The notes: generated by a model from the sequence alone, not told the origin. A stretch of 64,000 nt of DNA from Candidatus Sumerlaeia bacterium (GCA_963580245.1 CAUZJO010000005.1:5020-69019), one strand, 5' to 3'; shown: positions 29,407-39,945, numbered from the stretch's first letter. Numbers and translations: made by a program.

Positions 29407-32400
29407 ATGAGGTGCGCATTGGGATGTCTGGCGGCGCTGCTGGCGGCTGCGTGCGGCCCCCCGGCCCCCGAAACCTCCAAGCCGTCCGGCCCCGCCGACG
29501 TCCAGCTCGCTCCACCGCCGCCGTTCAAGCCCGGCATCCCGGAGGCCTGGCGCACTGACGACGCCGAGGTGCGCATCACCGCCATCCGGTCGGTTGAAGA
29601 CGCCATTGAGGTCGATCTGACCGCGCCTGCCGAAGCCAAACTCCCCGCCGGGAAGGGCGGATTTAACCTTGTTCTCCCCGACCAGGGGCATTTCGACGTG
29701 ACCGTGCAAACGTACGCGGTGGGCGGCAACGTCATCCAAAACCTGAGCCGCGAGGATGGGCCCACGACGGATTCCTCCAGTCCACCGATCCCGGCCAATT
29801 CGGTCCGCGTCACCCAAGAGGGAACCATCCGCAATTGGGCGATCCACCGGCTGGAGCTGCAACAGACGTTCTGGCGGGCGGCGCTGGACGCATGGAAGGA
29901 GTCGGACCAGGAAATGCGAGCGACGGTCCGGATCGCGCTGAGCCAACCGGCTCAGGATGACCCGGATGAAGAAGGCGATGGCGAGGCGACCGACGACGAC
30001 GCGACCACCGCCGCCGAGACAGCCGTAGACGCCCCCGAGCCGCCCCCCCGCTCGCCGCCCAAGGGGAAAAGCCACGGCATCGACCGGGCCATTGAGCTGC
30101 TGGTCGCCAATCCCGATGACCTCGACCGCTGGTTCGTCCACGCTCCGGCCCGGCCCAAGAACGCGGCATTCGAGCCGACCGACCCCGGCGCGCTGGTGCC
30201 CGAGGCCACGGGTTGGGCGCGGCTACGAGTCGAAGAGGGGGGCCTTTATAGGTTAAGCGCCGAGGCCTTGACCGCAGCGGGGACCATCGCGGGGCCTGAA
30301 GAGCTCAGCGACGTCCGGATCTTCCGCAAGGGCAAGGCCCAGCCGACCCATATCGTTCCCCAAGTCGGCGGAGAGCGGCCCCAGGGCGTCTATTTCTACG
30401 GCTGGCCCTCGACCTCTGAGTATGACGCCGGCCAGGTCTATTGGCTGGCGGTGGTTCCGGGGGCCGAACCGGTCCCGATTGTCCCGGTCAGTAAATCACT
30501 GCTGGAAGGCCCGTATCGGCCTTTGAACCACGTCACGCGGACCGCCCGGCACGACGCCGACGAGGAGATCAAGGTAAAGACTGACAATTACTTGAGCATC
30601 AAGGAGTTGGACTGGGTCGAGGCGGAATTGGTCGATGGCCGGCCCGTGAACTTTACGCTGGACTTGGTCCAGCCCTTGCACGGGTTGGCGCCGGGGGGTA
30701 GCGACGCGCAACTGAAGCTCTTCCCCGAAGGCCCTCCGAACACCTGGCAGGAAACTGGCATCGGGCTCAAACGAGGCGACCAGACCGCCGCGGCCTTCGA
30801 GGTCGGCAAAGACCGCAACCTCCTGCTCCACGCAACGATCCTGCCCAAGTACCTGCTCAGGAGCCCGGTCTCGTTCTCGCTCGAAGTCGATGCCCCTACC
30901 TCGGCGACCGCCGCCACCGAGGATGGGATGGGGCTTTGGTTGGATTGGTTTGAGGTGCGCTATCCAAGCCGGCCTAGTCTTCACCAGGGCCGATTGGTCC
31001 TCAACGGAGACTCGGTTACGACGCCGGGGCTCTATACCTATCAAACTCAGAGATTCCTTGGCGGCGGCGCCCAACGGACCCTGGCACTCGCCCTCAACGC
31101 CAATTCCGGGGAGGTTCGCCGGCTCACGCGGGTCGGAGAGAATACCCGCCTGATTGTTGACAAGGGCTGGCACAGCGAACTGTGGGACCTCGCCGAGGCG
31201 CTGGAGCCGCGGATCGAATCGCTGGAGTGGCACCAAGACATTTTGGAACCCGCCGCCCCGAACGGTCAGCCCATCGACTACGTGATCGTTACCCATCATC
31301 TGTTCACCGACCTGCTTGACCCGATCCTTGAGCTGAATCGCGAGCGCGGCTTGACCACCCGCGTGGTCGACGTTCAGTGGCTCTACGACCTGTTCAGCGA
31401 CGGGATGCTCTCGCCCGAGGCCATCCAGCGTTATCTCGGCTATATGATTCATCACTGGGAGACTCCCGCCCCTGGTTACGTCCTGTTGGTCGGCGATGCG
31501 AACAGCGATTTCCTCAACGAAACGCATGGCGACGTCCCGAACTATATCCCCGCCTATCCATACGCTTACGGGTCAGACACATGGGCTTCGGATCACTGGC
31601 TGACGTGTGTCAGCGGTGATGACGACCTACCCGACTATCTGATTGGGCGTTTCTCGGTGAACAACGTCGACGACGCCCGCGAGGTGATCAGGAAGACCGT
31701 CCAGTATGCAACGGAGCCGCTCTTCGGGCGTTGGCGGGGTTCGATGGCCTACATCTGCGATAACCACATCAAGCCCAGCGACCAGTTCCGCCAAACGGGC
31801 GAGCGCTTGCGCCTCGAACAAAGCCCTGCCGCCTTCGACGCCATTCGGGTCTACCTCGACCTGCTCGCGATGGAAGACAACTGGTATATCGAGAAGCGCC
31901 ATATCGATCGCATCTGGGAGGAGGAGAAGGATTGGGTCAAAGTCAGCGCGGCGGCCACCGACGCGATCAAGGCCACCTTGAACAGCGGCGTCGCCTTTCT
32001 CGAATACTTCGGCCACGGCTCTCCGAACCTGTGGGCCGACGAGCGTATTTTTTTCGGCGGCGATACGCCCAATCGCGACGCGCAATACCTGAAGTCCGAG
32101 GGCCGCTACGCCTTCATCAGCAATTACACGTGCAACAGCGGGGCCATCGATTACCCCAGGCCCCCCTGGAACCTGTGCATCACCGAGGACCTGATGCGAA
32201 CCCCCGATGGGGGGGCGGTGGCGATGTTCGTGCCTTCGGGCCCGGGCACGACAACCGAACACGAAAAGCTAGCCCGCCAGTGGCGACGGGCGCTGTTTGG
32301 CGACAATTTGCGGTCGGTTGGCGAAGCGGCCTTTCAGGTGCGATCGCGTTACGCGCTGGAGGGCTACCGGCGCAACCTGCTCTATATGTACATCCTGCAA

Positions 32401-34092
32401 GGCGATCCGGCGCTCGAACTCCAGTTGACCGACAGGTGGTACTCACTCGCGGCGCGGCCCGAGGCGTTGGAGCCGGGGTTCGAGGCGTTGACGATCAGTG
32501 CCGAGGGCGTCGTGCCGGCGGCGGGTCTGGCTCAGGCTCGGCTCGAGACCGAAGCCGGGGCCGTCCTGTGGGACGGCGCGCCTTTCGACTATCAAGGGGG
32601 TCGAATCCAGAGGGATTTGACGCTGGACCCCGGGCTTACCTCCGACCTGGAGCCGGGCGGACGGTTGCGCGTTTCGCTCTACGGGTGGAACGAGGAGGCT
32701 GAACTGGATTTCGTCGCCGCGGGGCAGGTTCGTCTCGTCCGGCCGGAATTGCAAATCGCCCATGCCCAGGCGACCCGGCTCGACGAGCGCCGAGTACAGT
32801 TCGATCTGCGGGTTGCCAATGTCGGGCCGGTCGGCTCGGGGCCGGTCCGCGTCGAGGTTCGCTCCCTGGAACCGGGGCGGTCGCCGACACTCAGCGAGGA
32901 GACCCTTATCGTGGGAGCCGATCAAAGCGAATCGCTCCAGATGATCGACGTGGTCGAGTCGCGTCCCGACCCCCTTTATTTCGAGGCATTGGTCACCCCC
33001 GCCCATCCTCCCGAGCAACCCGAGCGGCCGGCCCTGCTCCGGCGGCGATTCGCGCTGCTGCCCGATGGGGATTGGAATGGGATCGCGCCCCCCCTGTGCG
33101 TCAGGTCCAAGAATACCACCGGTTCCTCGTCCCGACTTCAATTGCGTCTGCTAAGTTCGGGTCTGCCCGCTTCAAGCCAGACCTTGGTTTCCCGCACCGC
33201 CGATGGAGACGTCCTGACCACGCATTCAGTTACCTACGAATCCGGCGACGGATACTTTGTGGCCGAGCTTGACGTGGTGCCTCGATCACGCAGCCAGATA
33301 CTGGATGAGGGGGGCTGGATCGAGTTGACGCGGCGGGGAAACAGCCCTCCATCCGAAGTGCTGGACAAGGTCGTCGTGGGCGACCTGCCGCTCGAGGAGG
33401 CGCGGCTGCGCATTGTTCCGGGCACCGTCCACCACACCCCGCAAAACCCGACCGATGGGCAAACCGTTTTCATTCATTTCGATGTGGAAAACGTCGGGAC
33501 GCTCCCCTCGCCCGTTTGTAAGCCAATCCTGCTCGATGGGTCGCCCGATGAGCACGGCACGCCCCTGCCCAGTCAGACGGGTCTCGAGAGTCCAGAAGTC
33601 CCCTCCCTGGGACCGGGCCGTCGCCACTCCGTCGCGCTGCGCTGGGACCCGATCATGAACGCGGGTGTGCAAAAGGTCTGGATCGATCTTAAACCGTCGG
33701 GCGCCAGTCAAAAACCCTACCGCCAGGAGCAGATCGCCGTTTACTCGCTCTACGCCAAGACCAAGAGCAATCTTAAAATCACCCGGCCTCTGTGGATCGA
33801 ACAGACGCCCGAGGACAAGCTCAAGGACCGAGTCAAGCTCAACGTCGAGATCTCCAACCAGGGGGAGACTAACGCCCGGAACGTGGAGGCTAGCTTCTAT
33901 TACGGCGCGGAGAAGGACGACGAGAACAAGCTGGACACGATCCTGCTGGAAGTTGTCAAGGCCAATCAATCGACCGTCGCGCAGCTGGTTTGGAAATACG
34001 ATCGCGAACAAGTCCTGGAGAACGGCCGGTTCATCAAGAAGCCGACGGTCGAGGTGCGGCTGAAAGGCTCCAAGCAACGCACGGCGGAATAA
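29407..34092 (+). CDS. giant lipoprotein with a peptidase C25 (gingipain-like) domain and C-terminal CARDB-like domains
   Basis: Lipobox LLAAAC. C25-like segment (YVLLVGDANSD..., FGHGSPNLW with catalytic His, NYTCNSG with candidate catalytic Cys). Repeated (V)ANVGxxxS CARDB-type units. Confidence 0.6.
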   Translation: MRCALGCLAALLAAACGPPAPETSKPSGPADVQLAPPPPFKPGIPEAWRTDDAEVRITAIRSVEDAIEVDLTAPAEAKLPAGKGGFNLVLPDQGHFDVTVQTYAVGGNVIQNLSREDGPTTDSSSPPIPANSVRVTQEGTIRNWAIHRLELQQTFWRAALDAWKESDQEMRATVRIALSQPAQDDPDEEGDGEATDDDATTAAETAVDAPEPPPRSPPKGKSHGIDRAIELLVANPDDLDRWFVHAPARPKNAAFEPTDPGALVPEATGWARLRVEEGGLYRLSAEALTAAGTIAGPEELSDVRIFRKGKAQPTHIVPQVGGERPQGVYFYGWPSTSEYDAGQVYWLAVVPGAEPVPIVPVSKSLLEGPYRPLNHVTRTARHDADEEIKVKTDNYLSIKELDWVEAELVDGRPVNFTLDLVQPLHGLAPGGSDAQLKLFPEGPPNTWQETGIGLKRGDQTAAAFEVGKDRNLLLHATILPKYLLRSPVSFSLEVDAPTSATAATEDGMGLWLDWFEVRYPSRPSLHQGRLVLNGDSVTTPGLYTYQTQRFLGGGAQRTLALALNANSGEVRRLTRVGENTRLIVDKGWHSELWDLAEALEPRIESLEWHQDILEPAAPNGQPIDYVIVTHHLFTDLLDPILELNRERGLTTRVVDVQWLYDLFSDGMLSPEAIQRYLGYMIHHWETPAPGYVLLVGDANSDFLNETHGDVPNYIPAYPYAYGSDTWASDHWLTCVSGDDDLPDYLIGRFSVNNVDDAREVIRKTVQYATEPLFGRWRGSMAYICDNHIKPSDQFRQTGERLRLEQSPAAFDAIRVYLDLLAMEDNWYIEKRHIDRIWEEEKDWVKVSAAATDAIKATLNSGVAFLEYFGHGSPNLWADERIFFGGDTPNRDAQYLKSEGRYAFISNYTCNSGAIDYPRPPWNLCITEDLMRTPDGGAVAMFVPSGPGTTTEHEKLARQWRRALFGDNLRSVGEAAFQVRSRYALEGYRRNLLYMYILQGDPALELQLTDRWYSLAARPEALEPGFEALTISAEGVVPAAGLAQARLETEAGAVLWDGAPFDYQGGRIQRDLTLDPGLTSDLEPGGRLRVSLYGWNEEAELDFVAAGQVRLVRPELQIAHAQATRLDERRVQFDLRVANVGPVGSGPVRVEVRSLEPGRSPTLSEETLIVGADQSESLQMIDVVESRPDPLYFEALVTPAHPPEQPERPALLRRRFALLPDGDWNGIAPPLCVRSKNTTGSSSRLQLRLLSSGLPASSQTLVSRTADGDVLTTHSVTYESGDGYFVAELDVVPRSRSQILDEGGWIELTRRGNSPPSEVLDKVVVGDLPLEEARLRIVPGTVHHTPQNPTDGQTVFIHFDVENVGTLPSPVCKPILLDGSPDEHGTPLPSQTGLESPEVPSLGPGRRHSVALRWDPIMNAGVQKVWIDLKPSGASQKPYRQEQIAVYSLYAKTKSNLKITRPLWIEQTPEDKLKDRVKLNVEISNQGETNARNVEASFYYGAEKDDENKLDTILLEVVKANQSTVAQLVWKYDREQVLENGRFIKKPTVEVRLKGSKQRTAE

Positions 34093-34122
34093 ACGCCGAA
34101 GCGCCATTGCGAGGCAAAACGA

Positions 34123-34620
34123 GTGAGTCCGCCCCCCCCCGCGCTACCCCCCCACGACGACCGGCAGGCCCGCGAATGGATGCGGGACGCCTTGGAGGCC
34201 GCCCGCGAGGCGTCCGCCATGGACGAGCCGCCGGTGGGCTGCGTCATCATCGACCATCGCGGCCGGCGGGTGGCGCGGACGCATGATCGGCGCCGGGCCG
34301 ACGCCGATCCGCTGGCCCATGCCGAGATGCTCGCCATCCGCCAGGCGGCCCGGGACCAGGGCGATTGGCGGATGGACGGGATGACGCTCGTGGTCACCCT
34401 GGAGCCGTGCCCGATGTGCGCCGGCTCCATCCTGATGGCCCGGGTGGGCCGGGTGATCATCGGCGCGCCAAGCCCCAAGTGGGGGGCGGCCGGCTCTCGC
34501 GCCGACTGGTTGGGCTCGGGCTGCTTCCCCCATAAACCTGAAGTGGTGCGGGGCGTGCTCGAACGTGAGTGCGGAGAGATTCTGTCGCGCTACTTTGAGC
34601 AAGTTCGGAAGAAGGGGTAG
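34123..34620 (+). CDS. tadA: tRNA adenosine(34) deaminase
   Basis: CDA zinc motifs HAEMLAI and PCPMCAGSI. Confidence 0.85.
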   Translation: MSPPPPALPPHDDRQAREWMRDALEAAREASAMDEPPVGCVIIDHRGRRVARTHDRRRADADPLAHAEMLAIRQAARDQGDWRMDGMTLVVTLEPCPMCAGSILMARVGRVIIGAPSPKWGAAGSRADWLGSGCFPHKPEVVRGVLERECGEILSRYFEQVRKKG

Positions 34621-34969
34621 TAACGAGTGCGGGGGTGCATCTCATGGTTCCGTGAGATGCACTCGCGGGATGGCGCCACAAGTCAGTTCTCTGGCTCCCT
34701 GAAGGGGAGCAATTTGAATAGCCAGGGGTGTCAACCCCTGGACGTGGGGTCCCAAGACGTCACGTCCCCGGAGTGGTCGAACAGACCGCGTCACGTTACG
34801 ATCCAACCCTTTCAGGGTTGTGGCAATTTTGGGGCCGCGAACCGTGGGTTGACACCCACGGCTACTCACATTCGACCCCTGCGGGGTCGAGGATGAGGAC
34901 GGATTTGATTTATGCCCCCGGCCGGCAAGCTGCATCTTGCGGATCCGTGAGATGCACCCCGAGCGCGGC
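34621..34969. other. hairpin-dense intergenic region with seven consecutive perfect stem-loops (34635-34662, 34694-34710, 34722-34741, 34804-34820, 34842-34861, 34873-34889, 34932-34955). Candidate structured non-coding RNA.
   Basis: Stems read directly, for example GTGCATCTCA/TGAGATGCAC, CCAGGGG/CCCCTGG, CCGTGGGT/ACCCACGG, CGACCCC/GGGGTCG. It lies between convergent tadA and the TPR gene. Confidence 0.5.
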
Positions 34970-36871
34970 TTACCGCCGCCTACCCTGGGCCACCGTGGCG
35001 GTCCGGGCGGTGAGGATGTCCTGGAGCAGTGGAATCCGCAGCCGACCGGGGAGGACCACGACGTCGGGGCTGATATAGAAGCCCAGATCCTGTTGGATGA
35101 ACTTGAAGAACGAATCCAGGGACTGCATGTTGATAAAGACGGGATAGTCGGCCTCATAGGTCTCGCCTTCGGCGAGGCGCCGTTGCTCGATCGGCTGAGC
35201 CACCCCCGCGGCGCCCCATGGCTCATCGACCATGTTGCCCAGCGTCGGGTGACCGGCCACCAGGTGGAATTTCAACCCATTGATATGGACCGGTTGCTCC
35301 AAGACGAAGGTGTCCGGATTGTTGGCGATGGCCTGGGAGAGCACCTGAAAATGCTCGTCGCTGACCCTCAGGTCCATCGTTAAGTGGATATTGAAGGGAC
35401 TGGTTTCGTCAAACCGGACGGCCAGGGGTCGACTGAGCACGCCCAGGATCATCTGACGGGCGGTCTCGCTCAGGGGGATTGGCTGACCATTGAGCAGGAC
35501 GCTCAGGCTGGGTGCCCACGGCACGAATGGAATCTGTTTGAGCAGGATATCCGCCGCGCGGCGGCACTGGAGTTCATCTTCGGCATAGCGCATCACCACC
35601 GAGGCAATGTCCGCGGCTTTCCAACCCCCTCGCATGGCGGCTTCTTTTTCCATCTCGGCCGATCTGAGCGCGGCAAGACGCTTGCCGACCAGCTTGTCCA
35701 GCTCGGGCAGAAGTTCTTCGTGTTTGGCGTAGACCGTCTCATACTGTTCGATGGCGAACTGTTCGTTGCCGCTTTGTTCGGCCTCAAGGCCCGCCCGCAC
35801 GATCTTCAGGGCGTTGAACTGACGTATCAGCGCAACATCGTTGGCGAATTCATTGGTCGCAATCTCCAGGGTCTGTTGGGCTTCGTCGTATTTGAGCACG
35901 CCGATCTGGGCGCGCGCGTTGAGTAGGGCCACATCGACCGAATTTCTCGGATAGGCCCAATTGGCCAGTTTCTTCAGCGCGATCTGATAATCGCCCGCAC
36001 CCAAATTGGCGCGGACGCGGTCGGCGAGCAACATCTCGACCGGCGCCTGTATAACCTGGCGCGACGCCTTGTCCAGATTGCCGCTCTCCATCCACTCGGG
36101 GTGACCCTGGAAAGCCTGGGCGATGATCATCAAGATTTTGGCGTACTGAGGCGCCTGACGCGGGGCCATGGTCTTCTCGAACAGGTCGGCCATGTGGAGG
36201 TAGATCTCGGGCAGCAGCTCGATGACCGGGCTATTGGCCCGCACGTTGTCGGGCCACATGATCTCGCTGAAATACTCGGCGGCCAGGAGCAAATCGGCTC
36301 GACCCCCGCTCGCCAGCCTCGCGTCGATCAACTGATGGCCGTCTTCGGAGAACCGGTCGACCTTCAAGGCTTGGATGAGCAGTTGATTGCCCTCTTTGTT
36401 GCGAATCCTGTCATAGGCGACCTGGGCCTTGCGCAGCAACTTGCGCGCCCGGCTGCGTCGTTCCTCTTTGGTTCCGTCGTTACGCTCGATGTCGCTCAGC
36501 TGCTCGTCCAGTTTGAAGATGTTCTCCTGGGTGACGGGATTGGTTGAATTCATGCGGCGGATCTGCTCGGTCAGGGTCCGGGCCATGCTGATGTCGTTGC
36601 GGCTCATGGCCTCCAGCGCCCGATCAATCAGCTCGCGGGCGTTGTTTTCGGGCGAGAGTATGCTGATGATCTTGATCCGCTCGCGCGGCACGGGCACCAG
36701 CACCCCGCCGGTGTCGATATCGACGTAGAGTTTATTCTCGCCGACGATGATGCCCCGCACGCTCTGTCCGCTGTTCGTCGTGATCTTGTCGGCGCGTCCC
36801 ATCGGGACCAGAAGGACAAGTGCCAAGACCCACGGAAGCGGGCTTCGGGTATGGAATCTGCGCTGAATCAT
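34970..36871 (-). CDS. secreted TPR-like repeat protein
   Basis: Signal peptide after Met47 of the ORF (MIQRRFHTRSPLPWVLALVLLVPMG). Helical repeat composition. Confidence 0.55.
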   Translation of the reverse strand: MIQRRFHTRSPLPWVLALVLLVPMGRADKITTNSGQSVRGIIVGENKLYVDIDTGGVLVPVPRERIKIISILSPENNARELIDRALEAMSRNDISMARTLTEQIRRMNSTNPVTQENIFKLDEQLSDIERNDGTKEERRSRARKLLRKAQVAYDRIRNKEGNQLLIQALKVDRFSEDGHQLIDARLASGGRADLLLAAEYFSEIMWPDNVRANSPVIELLPEIYLHMADLFEKTMAPRQAPQYAKILMIIAQAFQGHPEWMESGNLDKASRQVIQAPVEMLLADRVRANLGAGDYQIALKKLANWAYPRNSVDVALLNARAQIGVLKYDEAQQTLEIATNEFANDVALIRQFNALKIVRAGLEAEQSGNEQFAIEQYETVYAKHEELLPELDKLVGKRLAALRSAEMEKEAAMRGGWKAADIASVVMRYAEDELQCRRAADILLKQIPFVPWAPSLSVLLNGQPIPLSETARQMILGVLSRPLAVRFDETSPFNIHLTMDLRVSDEHFQVLSQAIANNPDTFVLEQPVHINGLKFHLVAGHPTLGNMVDEPWGAAGVAQPIEQRRLAEGETYEADYPVFINMQSLDSFFKFIQQDLGFYISPDVVVLPGRLRIPLLQDILTARTATVAQGRRR

Positions 36872-37317
36872 GGGGTCATCCATTTCGGTTGGGTTGTCTG
36901 GCTGGTTGGTCGCGGGTGAAGGTGGGCCTGGGCCCCTGGAGCACTGTAACCGTCCTCGATCAGAAAGCCCACGCCGTCCAACCACCAAAACGCGCCCTGA
37001 TGCTGCCACAACCGTCGCGAAGGCGCAAGGGGTAGTCGCTAGGCGGGCGTTTTACGTTCTGCTCAATTCTTGGGCACTTTCCCCTTGATGGCACCACGGT
37101 TATGACGATAATACGCCAGGGGTAAGTCGAGGGTGTTTCTCGCCTTATGTTCGGTTTACGGTCCATGAACCACCCCGCCAGGATGGGTCTCCTTGGAGAA
37201 GGACAACGTTCTATGCTATTAACCGTTGGGCTGGGTTTTCCCCTTGGCATCCTGCCATTGATTTAACGAAGGAGCCGAAATCCGTATGCCCGATTCAACC
37301 ACACCGATGGACGTATC

Positions 37318-37342
37318 GTCTCGCGGATCCGCGAGATGCACC
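37318..37342. promoter_or_regulatory. perfect 18-bp palindrome TCTCGCGGATCCGCGAGA plus the GGATCCGCGAGATGCACCC motif, in the divergent promoter region
   Basis: Third copy of a motif also present at 34645-34662 and 34940-34958. It lies between the TPR gene start (36871, minus) and the DUF167 start (37411, plus). Confidence 0.45.
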
Positions 37343-37410
37343 CGCCGCATCACCTGGATCGTGATTTATCTTGCCCCCGGCGGCTCAGGGCGCCTAGACT
37401 ATCCGCTTCA

Positions 37411-37725
37411 ATGGACCGGCGGTGTTTGCTCGAGCATGAGAACGGAACGATCCTGCGGCTGTGGGTGTCGCCCAATGCTCCGCGAACCCAGGCCGAGGGC
37501 CGGCGCGAGGATCGGTTGGTCTTGCGCGTCAAGGCCCCGCCGGTTGAGGGCAAGGCTAACCGTGCCCTCATCGCATGGGCGTGTGCCGCCTTCGGTTTGC
37601 GGGCATCCCAGGTCTCGATCTTGAGAGGCGAGAAATCGCGCCGCAAGGCTCTGCTGCTCGAGGGCGTGGCCCTTGATCGGGCGGAGTGCGTCTTGGGCGG
37701 ATTGGGACCAACAACCCGGCACTGA
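37411..37725 (+). CDS. DUF167 (YggU/UPF0235) family protein
   Basis: Conserved LxVxVxPxA...VKAPPVEGKAN...I..G..SRxK pattern. Confidence 0.7.
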   Translation: MDRRCLLEHENGTILRLWVSPNAPRTQAEGRREDRLVLRVKAPPVEGKANRALIAWACAAFGLRASQVSILRGEKSRRKALLLEGVALDRAECVLGGLGPTTRH

Positions 37726-37747
37726 AAACCCATGGAAAGCACGGACC

Positions 37748-38587
37748 ATGACATTATTCGACATCGAAGCCTACAAGGGCCGGATCGACGAGGCCGCCCA
37801 CGCCATCGCCGAGCGGTTCCCGGAAGGCCCCCGGATAGGGATCATCTGTGGCACGGGGATGGGAGGGCTGGCCGAAAAGGTCCTTGAGCGCACCGTCATT
37901 CCCTACGACGATATCCCCCATTTTCCCATCTCGACGGTCGAGTCGCACCACGGCAACTTGATCCTGGGTCGGCTGGCCGGCCGGCGGGTCGCCGTGATGC
38001 AGGGCCGCTTTCATTACTACGAAGGCTATACGATGCGCGAGATCACGTTCCCGGTGCGGGTCATGAAGGCGCTGGGCTGCGAGATGCTCATCGTGATGAA
38101 CGCGGTGGGGAGCATGAACCCGCTGATCGGGCGCGGATCGCTCGTGCTGGTCGACGATCACATCAACCTGATGGGCGACAACCCGCTGATCGGACCCAAC
38201 GACGAAGCGCTGGGCCCGCGCTTCCCCGATATGTCAGCCCCCTATGATGCCCCGCTACGGGCCTTGATGCACGAGGTGGCACTGGCCGAAGGCATCCGCC
38301 TCCATGATGGGGTGATCGTCGCCGTGACCGGCCCGAATCTTGAAACGCGGGCCGAGTACGCCATGTTCCGCGTGCTCGGCGCCGACATCGTGACGATGTC
38401 GACCGTGCCCGAGATCATCGTGGCCCACCATGCCGGGCTGCGGGCGATTGCCCTCTCCACGGTGACCGATGAGTGTTATCCCGACGCCCTCGAGGAGGCC
38501 AAACTCGAGGAGATCATCGCCGTCGCGCAGGCGGCCGAGCCGCGTCTGGAGAAGCTGATCACCGGCCTCCTATCCCGATTGGATTAG
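37748..38587 (+). CDS. purine nucleoside phosphorylase (PNP family 1, trimeric type)
   Basis: PNP/MTAP family motifs (IGIICGTGMGGLAE, VGADIVTMSTVPE). Confidence 0.85.
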   Translation: MTLFDIEAYKGRIDEAAHAIAERFPEGPRIGIICGTGMGGLAEKVLERTVIPYDDIPHFPISTVESHHGNLILGRLAGRRVAVMQGRFHYYEGYTMREITFPVRVMKALGCEMLIVMNAVGSMNPLIGRGSLVLVDDHINLMGDNPLIGPNDEALGPRFPDMSAPYDAPLRALMHEVALAEGIRLHDGVIVAVTGPNLETRAEYAMFRVLGADIVTMSTVPEIIVAHHAGLRAIALSTVTDECYPDALEEAKLEEIIAVAQAAEPRLEKLITGLLSRLD

Positions 38588-38589
38588 CC

Positions 38590-39819
38590 GTGGCCGCCAC
38601 CGCCGTTCAATCCACCGATGATTACACCACATTCTGCCGGGGTGGGTTGGATGACCCATACCCTTTCTACGACCGGCTGCGGTCCGAGGATCCCGTTCAC
38701 TGGAGCGACATCCTCAAGGGATGGGTTTTGACGCGCCACGCTGACGTGGTCTTCGGCCTGCGCGACGCGCGGTTGTCGGCGAAGAGGACCCACCTGTGGA
38801 TGCAATCGATTCCCAGTGAGCTGCGGGAGCAGATGAAGCCGCTCGGCAGGCGCATCGCGGCCCAGTTGATCCACCTCGACCCACCCGACCACACCCGGCT
38901 GCGCAGGCTGGTCAACAAGGCATTCACGCCGAAATCGGTCGAGGACCTGCGCCCACGGATTCAAGCGAGCGTGAATGAGCTTCTGGACCGTCTGGCCCCC
39001 CGCGGCGAGATGGAAATGATCGCCGACTTCGCCTACCAGCTTCCGGCCACGGTGATCTCGGACATGATCGGCATCCCCCCGGGCGATCGCGACCAGTTCA
39101 GAAAGTGGTCCGGGGACCTGATGGACTTCCACGGCGCGACGAGCCTGACGATTCCCGACCTCGTCGGTCAGGCCTCCCGGAGCATGGAGGCGCTGACCCG
39201 CTATTTCGTCGAGCGGATCCAAATGCTGCGGCGCGAGCCCGACGGCAGTCTGCTGAGCGCCCTTGTCGCCGTGGAGGAGCAAGGCGACATGCTGAGCGAG
39301 GAGGAGTTGGTGGGGATTTGTAACCTGTTGTTCGTCGCCGGGCACGAGACGACCATGAACCTGATCGCCAATGGCACGCTGCTTCTGCTGCGCCATCCCG
39401 ATCAGCTCCAGATGCTGAGGGACGCCCCCGACCTAATCGCCTCGGCCGTCGAGGAGGTTTTGCGCCATGAAAGCCCCGTCAAGCGGCAGTCGCGTCTAGC
39501 ACTCGAGGACGTCGAGATCGGGGGCAAGCTCGTGCGCGAGGGTCAATACGTGATGAACATGCTTCCGGCGGCCAATCGCGACCCCGCCCGGTTCCCCGAT
39601 CCCGCGCGCTTCGACATCTCTCGGACGGATAACCGCCACGTCGCCTTCGGATCGGGCATCCACTTCTGCCTGGGGGCATTCCTGGCCCGCGTTGAAGGCC
39701 AGATCGCGCTGGGGACGCTCTTTGACCGTTTCCCTGCGTTGCGCCTGGCGAGCGACAGGTTGGAGTGGCGGGAAAACATGGCCATCCGCGGGTTGAAGGC
39801 GCTGCCGCTTGCCTTTTAA
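38590..39819 (+). CDS. cytochrome P450
   Basis: Heme-binding loop FGSGIHFCLGAFLAR, ExxR motif (EEVLRHESP), I-helix AGHETT. GTG start chosen just after the PNP stop. Confidence 0.85.
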   Translation: MAATAVQSTDDYTTFCRGGLDDPYPFYDRLRSEDPVHWSDILKGWVLTRHADVVFGLRDARLSAKRTHLWMQSIPSELREQMKPLGRRIAAQLIHLDPPDHTRLRRLVNKAFTPKSVEDLRPRIQASVNELLDRLAPRGEMEMIADFAYQLPATVISDMIGIPPGDRDQFRKWSGDLMDFHGATSLTIPDLVGQASRSMEALTRYFVERIQMLRREPDGSLLSALVAVEEQGDMLSEEELVGICNLLFVAGHETTMNLIANGTLLLLRHPDQLQMLRDAPDLIASAVEEVLRHESPVKRQSRLALEDVEIGGKLVREGQYVMNMLPAANRDPARFPDPARFDISRTDNRHVAFGSGIHFCLGAFLARVEGQIALGTLFDRFPALRLASDRLEWRENMAIRGLKALPLAF

Positions 39820-39945
39820 TCGACGGGCACATCTTGTGACCCCGTGGCGGCGCGAACCCTTGCACTCGCGCGGAGACCGCGCCGGCGACGGTCGGAACCG
39901 TCAGAATCCAAACGCCTCTTCGTTCGGCAAACAACAAGACCTACA

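Noticed and set aside
34621-34969. Possible tmRNA, RNase P RNA or SRP RNA in the hairpin-dense region.
   Set aside because: No tRNA-like acceptor/T-arm with a 7-nt TTCGAAT loop, and no ANDENYALAA-type tag ORF. The RNase P P4 core (GGAAAGTCCGGGCTCC) is absent. The SRP domain IV motif is absent. Left as an unclassified structured region.
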